From the NCBI RefSeq assembly GCF_006345805.1, contig NC_042997.1, positions 17,174,001 to 17,238,000 of the forward strand: 64,000 nt of DNA, in the 5' to 3' direction. The stretch comes from Octopus sinensis. Its lineage: Eukaryota. A program made the position numbers and the translations under genes. Each line of letters opens with the position of its first letter. Within the stretch, counting starts at the first letter, position 1. Below the pieces are notes generated by a model. That model made no database searches and was not told the DNA's origin. It worked only from the letters and a program-made list of their open reading frames with translations. Below, in pieces: positions 51,341 to 64,000 of the stretch.

Positions 51341-53520
51341 GTAAGTAACTTAGCTAAGGTTGACTTTTGAGATGAAATAGTAAATTCACTGATTACTTTT
51401 TTTAGTCTATTGCCTTTCTTTTACTGAGAAGTAATTTTATTTGACTTTTCATGATATCCATAAAGAATGCCATTCAATTTCATTGCAGTTACTCTTACAC
51501 TTTTGGTAAGGTAGCAAATAGTAAGTAATTTTGTGGAGAAAATTTTAGAGAAAAAGAAATCAAAAGTAAAAATTGCAAGTCAAATTCATTGCATTGTATT
51601 TTATCTTACCTTAGCTTGACAAAAGACAAATGGAAGAGAAACAGAGTAGAAGGAGATTCACATAAATATTTATTTGATGAAATGAGGTCTATGATTCATA
51701 AAACGTTTCAAATATATGTTTTCATCTCTACCCAATATAGGAAGTCATTTTTTTTATTTCTCTTCTTTTTATGAGCTTTATGAATTCATGAAATAATATA
51801 CTAAATATTATTCTATACTAAATATTATTCTACTGAAAACAGTTTTTTTTTTCCATTGAAAGTTTATAGGACAAGTTTTTTTATAGATTTCTGTCATCTT
51901 TTTATAACAGCATTTCATTTAGAAATTGTGTTTACTTTATTTTTAGTTTGTAGTTCTTCATCCACTAATCTAACAATAAAAAATAAAATCCTTCTGAACC
52001 ATAGACACTAAGAATATTTAAGGAAACAAATGTTTAAAGTATCAAAGTAAGACTTGAGTTCTGATAATTAACCATAGATATATTCAGTAGTAGGAGTCAC
52101 AACTGGTTTACCTGCTAAAAGGTTAGTGGCTGGTACTCCATTGCTGTTGTTGTGCTGCATCTGTTTACAGTACTTAATTTTTAATTTAGTTAGTGCTGTA
52201 AATAAATGCTTCAGGGAAAGTATAGTTATGGGGCACCAATAACTGATAAGTGATTTATCAGCTTACCAACTTGACCCTAAATCTGTTCATATTTAACTCA
52301 TGTGGATTTGCCAAAAGAGGGAAAACAACAGCCATAATATCTGAGACTAGTGGAAGGAACAAACAGGTTGTTGCAGATGGTAATAGTGTATCAATGCATC
52401 ATATTTTTCTCAGCTGAGAGATATGATTCAAATGCTTGCAGGAGAGTGGACTCTGTTAAAGGCACCCTAAAACTTGGTGGTTGTATTAGACCAGTATCAT
52501 GATGATCTTGCCTTCAGTTTTACCCTAATCCTCTAAAGTGCTATAGAGTATTACTTGATGCCATAGAAAAGATGCACAAATTAGCTGGTTAATTTTTTTG
52601 TTGTATCAATCTAAATTTTATCAATATTTTAAGCATATATAATTAAAATAAGATTTTAAATTACAGAGATGTACTTGCATGGCAAATGTTTTGATTTGAG
52701 ACTGTGTTGAAACAAAATGATTACAACATGGAAGACACACATTAGCCATTCAAAAATACACAAAGACTGTTAACTTAAAACAGTTACTGTTTGTAATACG
52801 GTGTCAACATTTTTGTTGCTGCAAGCTGTGGCCTGGTCACTGATAATGTTGCACTAAATATTTGACCAAATTTAGATGAATTTCACACTAATTTCTTCCT
52901 CTTATTTTTTAAAGAGAATTCAGAAAACACATACACATGTATATATAAACTAAATAGAAATAAATATATGTATATATCTATATATTATTTTTATAATTTA
53001 TCAATGAGAACACTCAAGCCACTCATAACATTATTGCCACTAGTGCTAGTACAATGGAAAAAGCACCCAGTACAATCAATGAAATGATTGACACAAGGAC
53101 GTATTCAATTCTAAACTGTCAAAGCAAACATTGGAGTACAATGCAGTCCACTGACTTGCATCTTATCAAACTATCCAGTCCCATATCAGCATGGAAGACC
53201 TGTTAAAAGATGAGCATGATGATGATGATAATGGGGCTGAGATGTTGGAAAAATCATGCACCTTACAATTCAGTCAATTTAATTGCAGTTAAATTTAGTT
53301 GACAAATTATAGTAATTCAATTGAGTGGGACTAAGAATTTAAAAACGAAAAAATGATAGTATCATAAAGGTAGTAAATTTAACCATGAGTCATTAGAAAT
53401 ATTTCACACAGTGATCTTCATTGTGGTATAACATTATAAAATTGATCATGTATTCTTTGTATAGTGTTTCAGACATACATATAATTGGTGTTAGCTGGAA
53501 TATATGTATATGTATATGTG

Positions 53521-53553
<33 letters not shown>

Positions 53554-54289
53554 TTGAAAGAAAGAATAAACAAGCAAAAATGTGGCATCACTTTAGAGCA
53601 TGTAATTTATAATTCAAATATAACTGCAGTGTTGTTAGAATAAATAATGGGTTAAGAAGTAATATATAAAGTCTCTTTGAACTGTTTCTAGAATAACTGA
53701 GCATACGGTGCATAGGCTGCTGAGCAAAGATTTCCATATAAGCCAACTACTCTGTCTTCAGAAAAGAAGAATTAAGGAATATCCTTTACAAAAGATATAA
53801 GATTTCTGCTTTTACAGTTCATATTTGCATTTGTAAATATTCCTCAAGCTTTTGTATTGATATATTGACTGATATATATGAACATACATGCATATGATTA
53901 CACACACACAGACACACGTATTATATATAATTGCCCGAGGTGTGGTTGTAAGTCAGGAAAAGGAGCACAATTTACAACAGAACAGATAAAAATTATGAAC
54001 CATATTTAATCTCAAGTTACTGGACAGTTTCATGTAAAGTTAGACTTCTCTAAGTGGACTGCATGACCAAAACAATCGTCAGCTATAACTGACTGACTGG
54101 AGCAGTATAACCTGCCAAACTATCAAGCTTAATAATTGTTTGGTAATGCTTTCTGCTCAAGGACATCTGACTTTACATTAAAACATCTAGTAACTTTGCT
54201 TGTCAAAAAAACTGATTCTGAATTTCTAATACTATATTGTATGCGTGCATGCATACATACATACATACATACATACAAACAAACAAACA

Positions 54290-54990
54290 ATTCAAGAACA
54301 AGAGATCCACTGAATATCTATAGCATAAGTGGCAGCAAATGTTGACAGACAAATGTATGCTGCACCAGAATAATACTGAGGACATCATTATTCTCTCACA
54401 TTATTTTCAATTGTGAGAGAATGTCTTCCAGATATTATCTTCCCATGAGGCATGATGTGGTGGCCAGAACTATCTGGAACAGGATAACAAAAAGGAAACA
54501 CTTATGGATAAGACCGATAGGTCAAAAGAATATTGTTGGAACTTAAAAATTAAAACACAACTGACTAGATATTGTTGTGAAGGACTACAAGGGAAAGATA
54601 TGTTCTGTTGTGGAAATCAGCTGCCCTCTGGACACCAATGTGGTTAGGAAAATATAAGAGAAAGGGGACATCTATGGACCATTAATGGGGAGTTTGCATA
54701 TCTAGAATTCAAGATACACTCTCAGCTTCATACTTAGTGTTATTGAAGCAACAGGAAACACATCAAACTATCTGAAGCAAATATTGCTGAACTTGGGCTC
54801 TTGGGGAGAGAACACAAATCTTTAATTCATAGATTACAGATGATCAGGATATCTGTGGCTACAAAAATCTACAAGACCTTCTAAAGATTTAAAGGATGAT
54901 GAACAAAACGAAATGCTTTTGTTCATGACCTTGCTACCCAGTAGGTGGCCAGTCAAAATTTATTCTAAATTAAAAAGAGAAAGAGAAGAA
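54290..54990 (+). mobile_element. R4/Dong-like RLE retroelement 3' fragment
   Basis: IQEQEI, DKCML...HIIFNC (CCHC knuckle remnant), YYLPMRHDVVARTIWN (RHD motif), DIVVKDYKGKICSVVEISCPLDTNV..KI*EK (RLE), VIEATG, TKIYKTF. Confidence 0.85.
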
Positions 54991-55555
54991 TAAATAAATA
55001 TCATACATGTATGTATGCATGTTTGTATGTGAGAGGGGGATGTTAGAACAATGAATTTATTAATACCAGTTTTATGCATATATTTTTGGAAGGGTAACTG
55101 TAAAATTCAAGGAACATAACTTTTTTTCAAATCAGATGATCTTTGAAAAGCTCCTTAACCTTTCTCCTACAATTTATCAAGAATATTTTTAAAAAGAAAA
55201 GCTTGTTTTTAACAGAAACAACATATCTTGCCCTTCTTGATCACCTCTTATTAATAACTCTTCTCTTTTTTTAGGTTCTTTAGTTTGTTTAAACCAGCTT
55301 AACAAAAGGATAAATCTTTAGGATTTCACAAAAATTTCATCTTAGCATGGAATGTTATATAAATGATATAAATAAATATGTATTTATATCCAAAATGCAT
55401 CTTATACTGTGTATAAGAAAATAAACAAATATTGTTTGGTTAGATTATCCATATTCAAAAGATTACTGAGTTCTTAAAATATTAACTGTTGAATCAAAAA
55501 TATTTGGGAGTTTGTCAGTTATTTTTAGCTCTTGTTATTGCCAGACTATACATAT

Positions 55556-55591
<36 letters not shown>

Positions 55592-55654
55592 TCTTTTACA
55601 CATTTCAGCCCTAAGGCTGTTGCCTTGATGGTGCACCTATATATATATATATAT

Positions 55655-55699
<45 letters not shown>

Positions 55700-55759
55700 A
55701 GATAGATAGATAGATAAGACAGATAAGCATACATACATAAATACATATACACAGACATT

Positions 55760-55776
55760 TATATGTACTACTGCTG

Positions 55777-55810
<34 letters not shown>

Positions 55811-55859
55811 TATATATATATTATATATATATATATATATATCAGCAGTAGTTCATATA
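55760..55859. repeat. Near-perfect ~100-bp palindrome around a TA tract
   Basis: ACTACTGCTGA (55767-55777) / TCAGCAGTAGT (55842-55852), extended by TATATG/CATATA; mirror interruptions AA (55803-55804) and TT (55821-55822). Confidence 0.9.
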
Positions 55860-56533
55860 TTGAAATAAGAAACACACTATAAAACATTACAGAACTGATA
55901 TAACTATTTAAGGTTGGTTATTATGGTTGGTTAGAGAGTGGCATATAACAAAGAGATGTCATGTGCCTTCAGCCATTTGAATCCGACAAGTCACCTATAC
56001 AGCTAAGTGCTTTATAGGTGGGAAACCAATGATCACTCTCTGACCAGCCATAACAATCATAAAACTTTAAATAATTGTATACATACATATTTACATATCT
56101 TTTCTCTCTTGCCTATTTCTTTTCCAGCCAGATGCTGGGGTACCATCTTGAAGGGTTTTTATTCAGTCAAATTAACCTGACTACTTTTTAAGCTTGTACA
56201 CCAAGTAGCTGAGTTACGGGCATATAAAGGAATTTACACCACTTCTTAAGTGGTGATAGGGAAACACGATTGTGCACTCCACACACATGATGAGCTTCTG
56301 CACACCAACAGGGCATTGGTCAGCTTGGTGCTATATTGAAATTGCTTTAAAGTGGGACTGGGCCCAAAACCACATGGTTGTGAAGCAAACTTCTTAATCA
56401 CACAGCCAAACTTAGCAAAGGCAATGGTTCACATAAGTAGGAAAGAAGTCAGAACTCTTAGTACCTTCAGAGAAATGGCCTTGCTTGATATGTAGAAAAA
56501 GGGTAAATTTAAACTCTATATGCTCTACTCAAT

Positions 56534-57200
56534 GTGACCTATGAATGTACTGGAGTGACTGGTAGACTGACCGTTAATGTAAGCTTCATATACAATACAT
56601 GCATTGGAACAGTGTGTTTATGCGCAACAGAGATTAAGTTTCTTAAATGCCCAGATGACTCACTAAAATCTGTTCATAGCCATTATTACCTAGGAAATGT
56701 AATTAGCAAGGGATTAGGTTGCTCTGGAAATATAGTAGCTAGAATGAGAATTGGTTGAAGAAAGTTCTGGGAGCTACTACCACTGCTAACAGAAATAATC
56801 TTTCTCCTAAGGGTGAATTGTATGAAGCTTGGGTTAGAACTGCAATGTTGCTTGGTAGTGAGGCATGGGCCTAGAATGCAGAGGAATAGAGAAAACTGAA
56901 AAGAAATGAAACAAACATGCTCCATAGGATGGACAATGTGAGAGTGCATGAAAGAATTATTACAAAGGTGCTGAGTGAAAAACTGGGTGTGAGAGTAATC
57001 AGATGTTGGATAAAAGAAAGAAGACTGCACTGTTATGGACATATGATGCATATAGATGTGGACATCTGTATAAAGAAGTGCTTGCTGTGGCTTGAAGTTG
57101 TGGGAGAGAGAGACCCTGGAAGACATGGAGTGGAGTGGTTAAGGCTGACTTGAAGACACTGACCCTGATGGAGGAGATGACAAAGTATCACATACATTAG
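56534..57200 (+). mobile_element. RTE LINE ORF fragment (RT C-terminal region)
   Basis: YYLGNVIS...GCS..IVARMRIG*RKFWELLPLL, LYEAWVRTAMLLGSEAWA, ERRLHCYGHMM, RPWKTWSGVVKADLKTL. Confidence 0.85.
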
Positions 57201-57559
57201 GCCTGCTTCTCTCCCACTATACTCTTGCAGACTACCCAACCATGTCACCTGTCTTTTTTTGTCCTCCCCTTGACAATTATATCATCTTTATTACTCCTGT
57301 CACTCGTCCCTATTCCATCACTATCTTCCCCAACTCATGGTGTTTGCTCATCTCTGAACCCTACCTATTTTGGCAGTCTGTTTCTCCATATCCTTATTCT
57401 CCTTCCCATACAACCTTGCAAACTGCTTACTCACCATTTCTACTCACCTTGTGCATTGTAGGATCACTTAGGCACCTCATCACCACTATCTATGACTTGC
57501 AGTTTCTATTGTTCCTTTTCTCTTTACCTCTCTCTCCTTCCCCTTCAAAATGTGAGTAG

Positions 57560-57830
57560 CCATGCAGATCCTCTGCAAGAATCTGCTCTCCCTCCCAACA
57601 GAGCTCATACTCTTGTGAGCTACATGGTAACTTCGATATTGCAGGTGGCATGACAAAAGCACAAGGTCCACACTGTAAAGGGGTTGTTAGGAAAAGCATC
57701 CAACTGTAACCATGTCAAAGTAGACATTAGAGTACGATGCAGTCCTTGAACACTTTGGATCCTGTCAAACTGTCCAATCCATGCTAACATGAAACTCAAA
57801 TGTTAAATTCTGATGATGATGATGATGACA
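57560..57830 (+). mobile_element. RTE-tailed element
   Basis: GTTAGGAAAAGCATCCAACTGTAACCATG ... GTCAAACTGTCCAATCCATGCTAACATG ... (GAT)n. Confidence 0.7.
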
Positions 57831-57907
57831 ATGATATATGTATATACATACATATATACATGCATAGATTAATATGTATAGGCATACATATGTGTGTATA
57901 TATATAT

Positions 57908-58120
57908 GCGAGCTGGTAGAATCGTTAGCACGCCAGGCGAAATGCTTAGCAGTATTTCCCTGCGGTTACGTTCTGAGTTCAAATTCCGCCGAGGTCGACT
58001 TTGCCTTTCATCCTTTCGGGGTCGATTAAATAAGTACCAGTTACGCACTGGGGTCGATATAATCGACTAAAATCGTTTGTCCCCTCTGTGTTTAGCCCCT
58101 TGTGGGTAGTAAAGAAAAAA
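57908..58120 (+). mobile_element. Young full-length tRNA-derived SINE (family A reference copy)
   Basis: A-box-like AGCTGGTAGAATCGTTAG, B-box GAGTTCAAATTCC, CpGs retained, A-rich end, inserted in (TA)n. Confidence 0.9.
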
Positions 58121-58151
58121 TATATATATGTGTGTGTGTGTGTGCAAACAA

Positions 58152-58420
58152 ATGTAGAGCTATACATATATCATCATCATCTTAATTCCCATTTTTTCAT
58201 ACTCGTAAGGACCAGGCAAAACTTGTTGAGGTAGGTTTTCTATGGTCGGATACTCTTTCATGTCACCAACCCTCAGTACTTTCTTAGCACTGTAACATGT
58301 TTTTCTAGTCCTTAAAATATGAACAGATCAATAGCCAAACATTTTCATGGAAGATTTCAATGAAATTACAACGTTTGTATGAGCAGTGAATTTGCATGAG
58401 CAGTGCACACATGAGTGGCA
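58152..58420 (-). mobile_element. Decayed RTE-tailed element
   Basis: (CAT)n then TTTTCCATACTCG...GGATACTCTTTCATGTCACCAACC-like sequence. Confidence 0.5.
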
Positions 58421-61400
58421 CACACATATAGACAGTCTGTAGATATATATGTATATTTTTATCATTTACCTTAAATGCTGTTTTTATATAATTCTATAAC
58501 TTTTTGTTTAGAGCAACAATAATATACCAATCTATCTAGCTATTAAGCTAGTTATCTGTATTAGATATATGCACACACTCACACACACACACATATATAT
58601 ACATTAACATACATACACACACATATATATATATATACACACACACACACATTTATACATACACACATGCACAAACTTAAATGTATTCATATATACACAA
58701 ATATTTTTATGACTAACTAATCATATGACATAGTGTCCTAATTTACTAATCCTTATGTAATTTTCAATTTGAAATTCAATTTTTCAGGAAAGTAAGAACA
58801 ATTTTTGCAAATTTATTTAATCAAATAAACATATTGGAAATTGTGAAATTAGTTTTATTCAGAAAAATATTATGTAGAGGAATCTGTATAAATTATCAAA
58901 TATATATATATATACAAAAATTATATTAGTAGTTTGTTTTATCTTTTCAAATAATTATGGAAGCATATTTATATTTTCCTTTTGCTGAAGAAAAGTAATA
59001 ATTTCTTTTTTTTTAAAGTATTTGTTTCTGTCAAATGTTCTAAATATAAAACTAAGAAACAAATTAACTGTGTTAATCTAATTTAAGTGAAAACCAGTCA
59101 AACTACGTTTGCCATTTCGAGAGAAATTTCATCTTACTTCAATTAGTTAATTCTAACTTATCAGCCCATTGTAACAATTGTAATAAGGCCTGACAGAAAT
59201 TGGTCTTAAAAATGTTTTTCAAGGGAGGTATTAAATTCTAATTAGTGCAGAAGTATTAAAAAGCATGTCACTTAGATGAAATTGCAATGAAAAAAAGAGC
59301 GAACTGATCAGTATTAAAAGCAAAACATTAAACTAATACTAATAATAATACAAGCACTCAGAGTTAATTTACTCTTTTCACAATTGTCCTGAAGAAAATG
59401 TGATAGCTTGCATTTTCCTGTGAGACTAATATTTAGCCAAACCTGTGAGAGGCCAGGCAAGATTGATGGATAATGCTTCATATCATATTACTAGTAGCAC
59501 ATATATATCTATGAAAAAAAGAAAGATAAGGAGGATTAAAGTAAAATTAGTGTTTTACAAGCTTGCAGTGGTAATCTTAAATCTGTCCATGGATCTGAAG
59601 CAAAACAAAAAACAATGCTTTGTATGGGATTTACAGAGAGAAATGCAAGTAGAGCATATCAAAATTCAGAAAAGTAGATGCCATTGATAGCTTCATGATA
59701 AAGTATAAGATAGTTAAAGATCTTTGAAAAATGCATTATTTTTCTTTTACTTCTATAAACAATATTTTGCTCCTGCTATTTTTCATTGCTATCTTTTAAA
59801 AATGTAAGGAAATGATCCACAATTCATTGTAATTTTGGACTATCATGGAAATTTTGACATGTTTTACATAAGGTTGTTAATTTTGTAACACAGGTCTATT
59901 TGAACTTTACTTTTCAGCTCTTGTTCAGGTTAGCAACTGATCAGAAAGGAAGGAATATGAAGTCATATCCCTTCCTTCCTAATCTAAGAGAATGTCCAAC
60001 AGACTTAGGGCAATGTGATTTTCATCAAGCTGAATAACAGAAAAAAATATTAATATAAAAAACAAAAACTTTCTGCACGTCATTGTAACAGTATGCAATA
60101 GTATCATGAATAGAAACAATAACTAAAATGAAGGCAACTGAATGAAGGATAATTATTAGATAATAAAATGAAGTCATCTCCTCAAAAATGAATAAGGATT
60201 CTAAAAATTTTCTTGAAAGTTAAATGTAAAATCAAAAATAAATTTTAGAAAGTGAAAAATAGTTAAAAAAAATTAATATTCTACAAGTTTTACATGAAAT
60301 TTCTGTTAGTTTAAAATGAAAACCATTTCATGGTGATGGATGGGCTTTTATTTTTGTTATTGAAACATTAAAGAGGCACTCTGAATGCAATGTGCTGCCC
60401 AGTTCTGCTGCATCCACTGCTGGGTGTTCAAAATTCTTCAATCAGTTTGCCTTTCAGCCCTGTTGGTGTTAATGACATAATAATTCATAATATTCACAAG
60501 AAAAAATAAATTCATTTTCTGTTGAATAATTTATCTCACCTAAGCACTGAGGATAGTACAGTAAAAGCATTGCCATAAAGAACAACCAGTATTAACTTCT
60601 GCATCAACTACTCAACATCATGGGCCCAACGCCTTCATCCTAATTCCTCTGGCACAACACTTTCATTTCAATTTGATAGAGGAGAGTGGTAGTCAGTGGT
60701 TCAAGGATACTGAAGGTCTCAGTGGTGATTGGCATGTAAACTACTCTGTCTCTCAATGACTCAAACCTAAACAACTTCTCTTGTATGTTGCAGGTGAAGA
60801 GCTCCTGTGTGACAAGAGGATGTACCAGAAGATATATAACAATATGAGGTGTTTCAACTGACTGACTTGTCTTTCATGAATAGGAAAAAAGTTATCACAT
60901 TTGCCTTTGCTATGGTTAATGCCAACAAGCTTCAGATGTGACATAAACCAAAATTGTTGAGGCCTCTTTAAATAAATTCATTCACTGTAGCATAGCAAAA
61001 GAAACATCCTGTACAGTAACAACAAAAGAATAGGTGCAATCTAAAGCCATTCCCAGTAGCTTTATAATGGCGTTTATATTGATCACACATGTGGAAACTA
61101 AAATGACAGGTAACAACAATGTGTGTGCATACAGGTTTATGATCAAGCAAGAAGTTATGATGAGCAAAACGTCACTGTTTAGATGTGAAACAGTCTAGGG
61201 ACAAGTAAGATGGCTTGATAAAGGGGTGACTGGATTCCATGCTGGTGGAACAACATTTGATAGTATTTCAGTTGGGACTAGTGCTATTCATTAAGCAAAT
61301 TAGGCAATCAGCCATAGTGCTAAAATCTGAACAAAATTTCTTAATCCAATTAAAAATATGAAATCTTAATAATAAAGTGAGTTAGTGAGATCAGTCCTGG

Positions 61401-63222
61401 AATATGGAAGGGTGAGGGATAAGGATGGAGGACAGATATGGAAATAAGTGGGTCATGTGGTGTTATGACCTCTCATATGATTTGACACGAAACTTTTTGA
61501 ATTTGCCAAATAACAATAAAATTACAGATTTCTTCTCTATGAGTTAACTAAAATATTTCAACTGCACTTTTCAACTGGTGTAAAAAGGATGATGACTGAA
61601 AAAAAAAGGCAGATATTGTAGCTTGGAGAGGAGAGAGGAAAATTATAGGGCTAGAAGAAGTGAGGAAGCACATTCTTGGGCTGATATAGTATACTGAATA
61701 GCCTAATGCTAGCCCTGGTTCCATTCATATTGAGTGGTTTCATTCTGAAGAACATTAAAGTCGTAATAAACCTAGACAACTCATGTCATCTTGAACTTTG
61801 GATCCATAGATGGGAACAATTCTAAGCTGGATATAGAGTGGAGGTCAAAGCTATCAAACTTCACTGGTAGTTTTGTTTGCTGGCAGCCTGTATCTTAAAA
61901 AGAGATGTTACAGTTAAATTCTGCACATGAACAAATTGTTGCATTGAGTTTGCTGAAATGTTCTGATCAGAGATAGTATGATGCACCATACAGCAACAAG
62001 AGGAATTTTGGAAGATCTAAGTAGTTCTTCAACAGAAAGGCAGCTCAATGAGAATCAATCAGTGTTTCATAATTGAGCAATATTTGTCATAGGGTCATTA
62101 AGTGTTATTTAGCATTAAATATTATTATTACACAGTAAATTGGCAGATTCATTAGAGTATCAGCTAATATATCTTGTAGTATTTGTTCTGGTTCTCTGCA
62201 CTCCAATTCATCAGAGGTCAAGTATGCCTTTCAGCCTGTTGGGATATCCATCCAATACTGGAGTCAAATCTTCTTTCTCTCTCTCTTGTCTCTTTGGATT
62301 GTACCTATCATTCAAAAGTCCAGCCTAGTCATATTGTGTCATGTTGATTTAACCCGAGAATTGCATTACTGATAGGTCTGTGAAAAACTCAGCCACTTAC
62401 ATGTAGATTTCAGGAGTAGAAATATTGTTGATCCAACTGCTGAATGACCAATGTCCTCCAGAGAAATCTGCCAACTAATGTTATTTATGTTTTTAATCAT
62501 GTGATTTCAGTTTTATCTCCACTGGCCACTAAGTATAACTAGTACCAATAAAATGCTGAATGCATAAAGTAAATAAAAAAGCAATTTCTTATTATTTAAT
62601 ATTTTTTATCCTGTTTACAATGCTGATATATAGCCTTTAAAATCTTTTCTGTTCTTTGTAAATTTCTTTGTGTTAGCTTGTATCTTCTTCATGTATGATA
62701 AATGCTTATACACATCTATAGGTGTTCATTGTTGTTTGATTATGATATTTCATTCAATCCAAATATCTGTCATTCAACCATTCATATATACATACATTCT
62801 AGAAGTTTAACCTGTTGTGCACACATATACACATGTATAGGCATTCAAAAATATGCATATGTACACATATATCAGTCAAACATACAGATTCATACATGTA
62901 CAGTAACATACATGTAAACACATGCATACATGTAGAGATACATACTTATATGAGACTTTAAGAAATGTGCTGTCTAAATTCTAATGAAAGAACCTTGTTT
63001 ATAGGTTGGAGACCAATTATTTGTTTATTAGTGAACATTTTTTAAATGAATAAATATATAATATATAGAACCTCAATAACTTATATGCATGCATGATTGC
63101 ATACATTCATATATACATATGTATTTACATTCAGGTTCTTTCTCTATGGATCAAGAATTAAAACATAAAGCTTGAAGAATATACATACATACATACATAC
63201 ATAAATGTATATATATACATAA

Positions 63223-63290
<68 letters not shown>

Positions 63291-63949
63291 TATATACAGA
63301 CATATGCATTCAATTATACAGGAAATCACTAATTTTGATGATTCTTCACTTATAATTTCCAGTGATTATACTGGAATAGCGAATACACTTCACTATTGAG
63401 TCAACTAACTAATTCTTTACCTGCTGTACTACTATGCAAGAGGGTAAAGAAATATGCAGTATCTTGCCAAAGGCACAATATTGGTGGGTATCAATGGTAA
63501 AAATAAACCTGTGACTCTTCAAATGAGTGGTCAATACTTTATCAACTTTGCCACAGCAACAACTCACAAGAATGAGTCATAGTGAAGAGGTACTGAAGAG
63601 TGACTGAAAGGGTTTGACACATTGATTGCAATTTATAGCTATAAATAAAAGTGTTAAAGAGGCTAAAGTACAAGAATAGGATTTTCAAATAATTTTCAGG
63701 TTTAGATTGGTATTTGTTCCCTGAGGAATTCATAACAAGACATAAGAGTATCTACGTAGATTGTCTCTAAGTTAAATCAATAAATCCTCTCTCTTTCTCT
63801 CCTTGCCTCGATTTAGAATACTGAAATAAAGTACATCTCTTCCAGGAAATACAGAAATGAATATATTTCCTCATTGTTATGTATCACTATTTATTTCCAA
63901 TTGCAAGCAGCAATCAGATATAGAATTCAGGAAAACACACACACACACA

Positions 63950-63985
<36 letters not shown>

Positions 63986-64000
63986 CATGTATGCAGAAAT

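Noticed and set aside
51334-51616. 12-bp inverted repeat AGCTAAGGTAAG as MITE TIRs
   Set aside because: No TSD and no second copy; a 12-bp match at this distance is plausible by chance in AT-rich DNA.
1486-63329. Dozens of YI/CV/HT-rich ORFs in the track
   Set aside because: (TA)n, (CA)n and (TG)n contain no stop codons; these are artefacts.

Overview
AT-rich eukaryotic DNA dense in microsatellites and transposon relics. The repeat families look like those of an octopus or other coleoid cephalopod; this is inferred from recalled sequences, not a database search. No host protein-coding gene can be established. Nearly all ORFs in the supplied track are translations of (TA)n/(CA)n/trinucleotide repeats or of decayed transposon ORFs. 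Recognisable content: a full-length but inactivated Tc1-type transposon with DD36E spacing plus a truncated second copy; one Tc1/mariner MITE and two TTAA (piggyBac-type) MITEs; RTE, R4/Dong-like (RLE), CR1/L2-like and Penelope (GIY-YIG) retroelement fragments; and many tRNA-derived SINEs. Best leads: (1) a nearly intact minimal type-I hammerhead ribozyme with a palindromic stem III at 19746-19805; (2) two minus-strand 3'ss|5'ss (AG|GT) junctions at 4355 and 48708 that resemble recursive splice sites, each followed by a 30-32 nt RS-exon-like segment, hinting that the window lies in a giant minus-strand intron; (3) a SINE with a twin-priming-type 5' inversion and a 9-bp TSD at 13916-14292; (4) an unidentified ~1 kb decayed intronless reading frame at 6858-7898; (5) a ~100-bp fold-back palindrome centred on a TA tract at 55760-55859.
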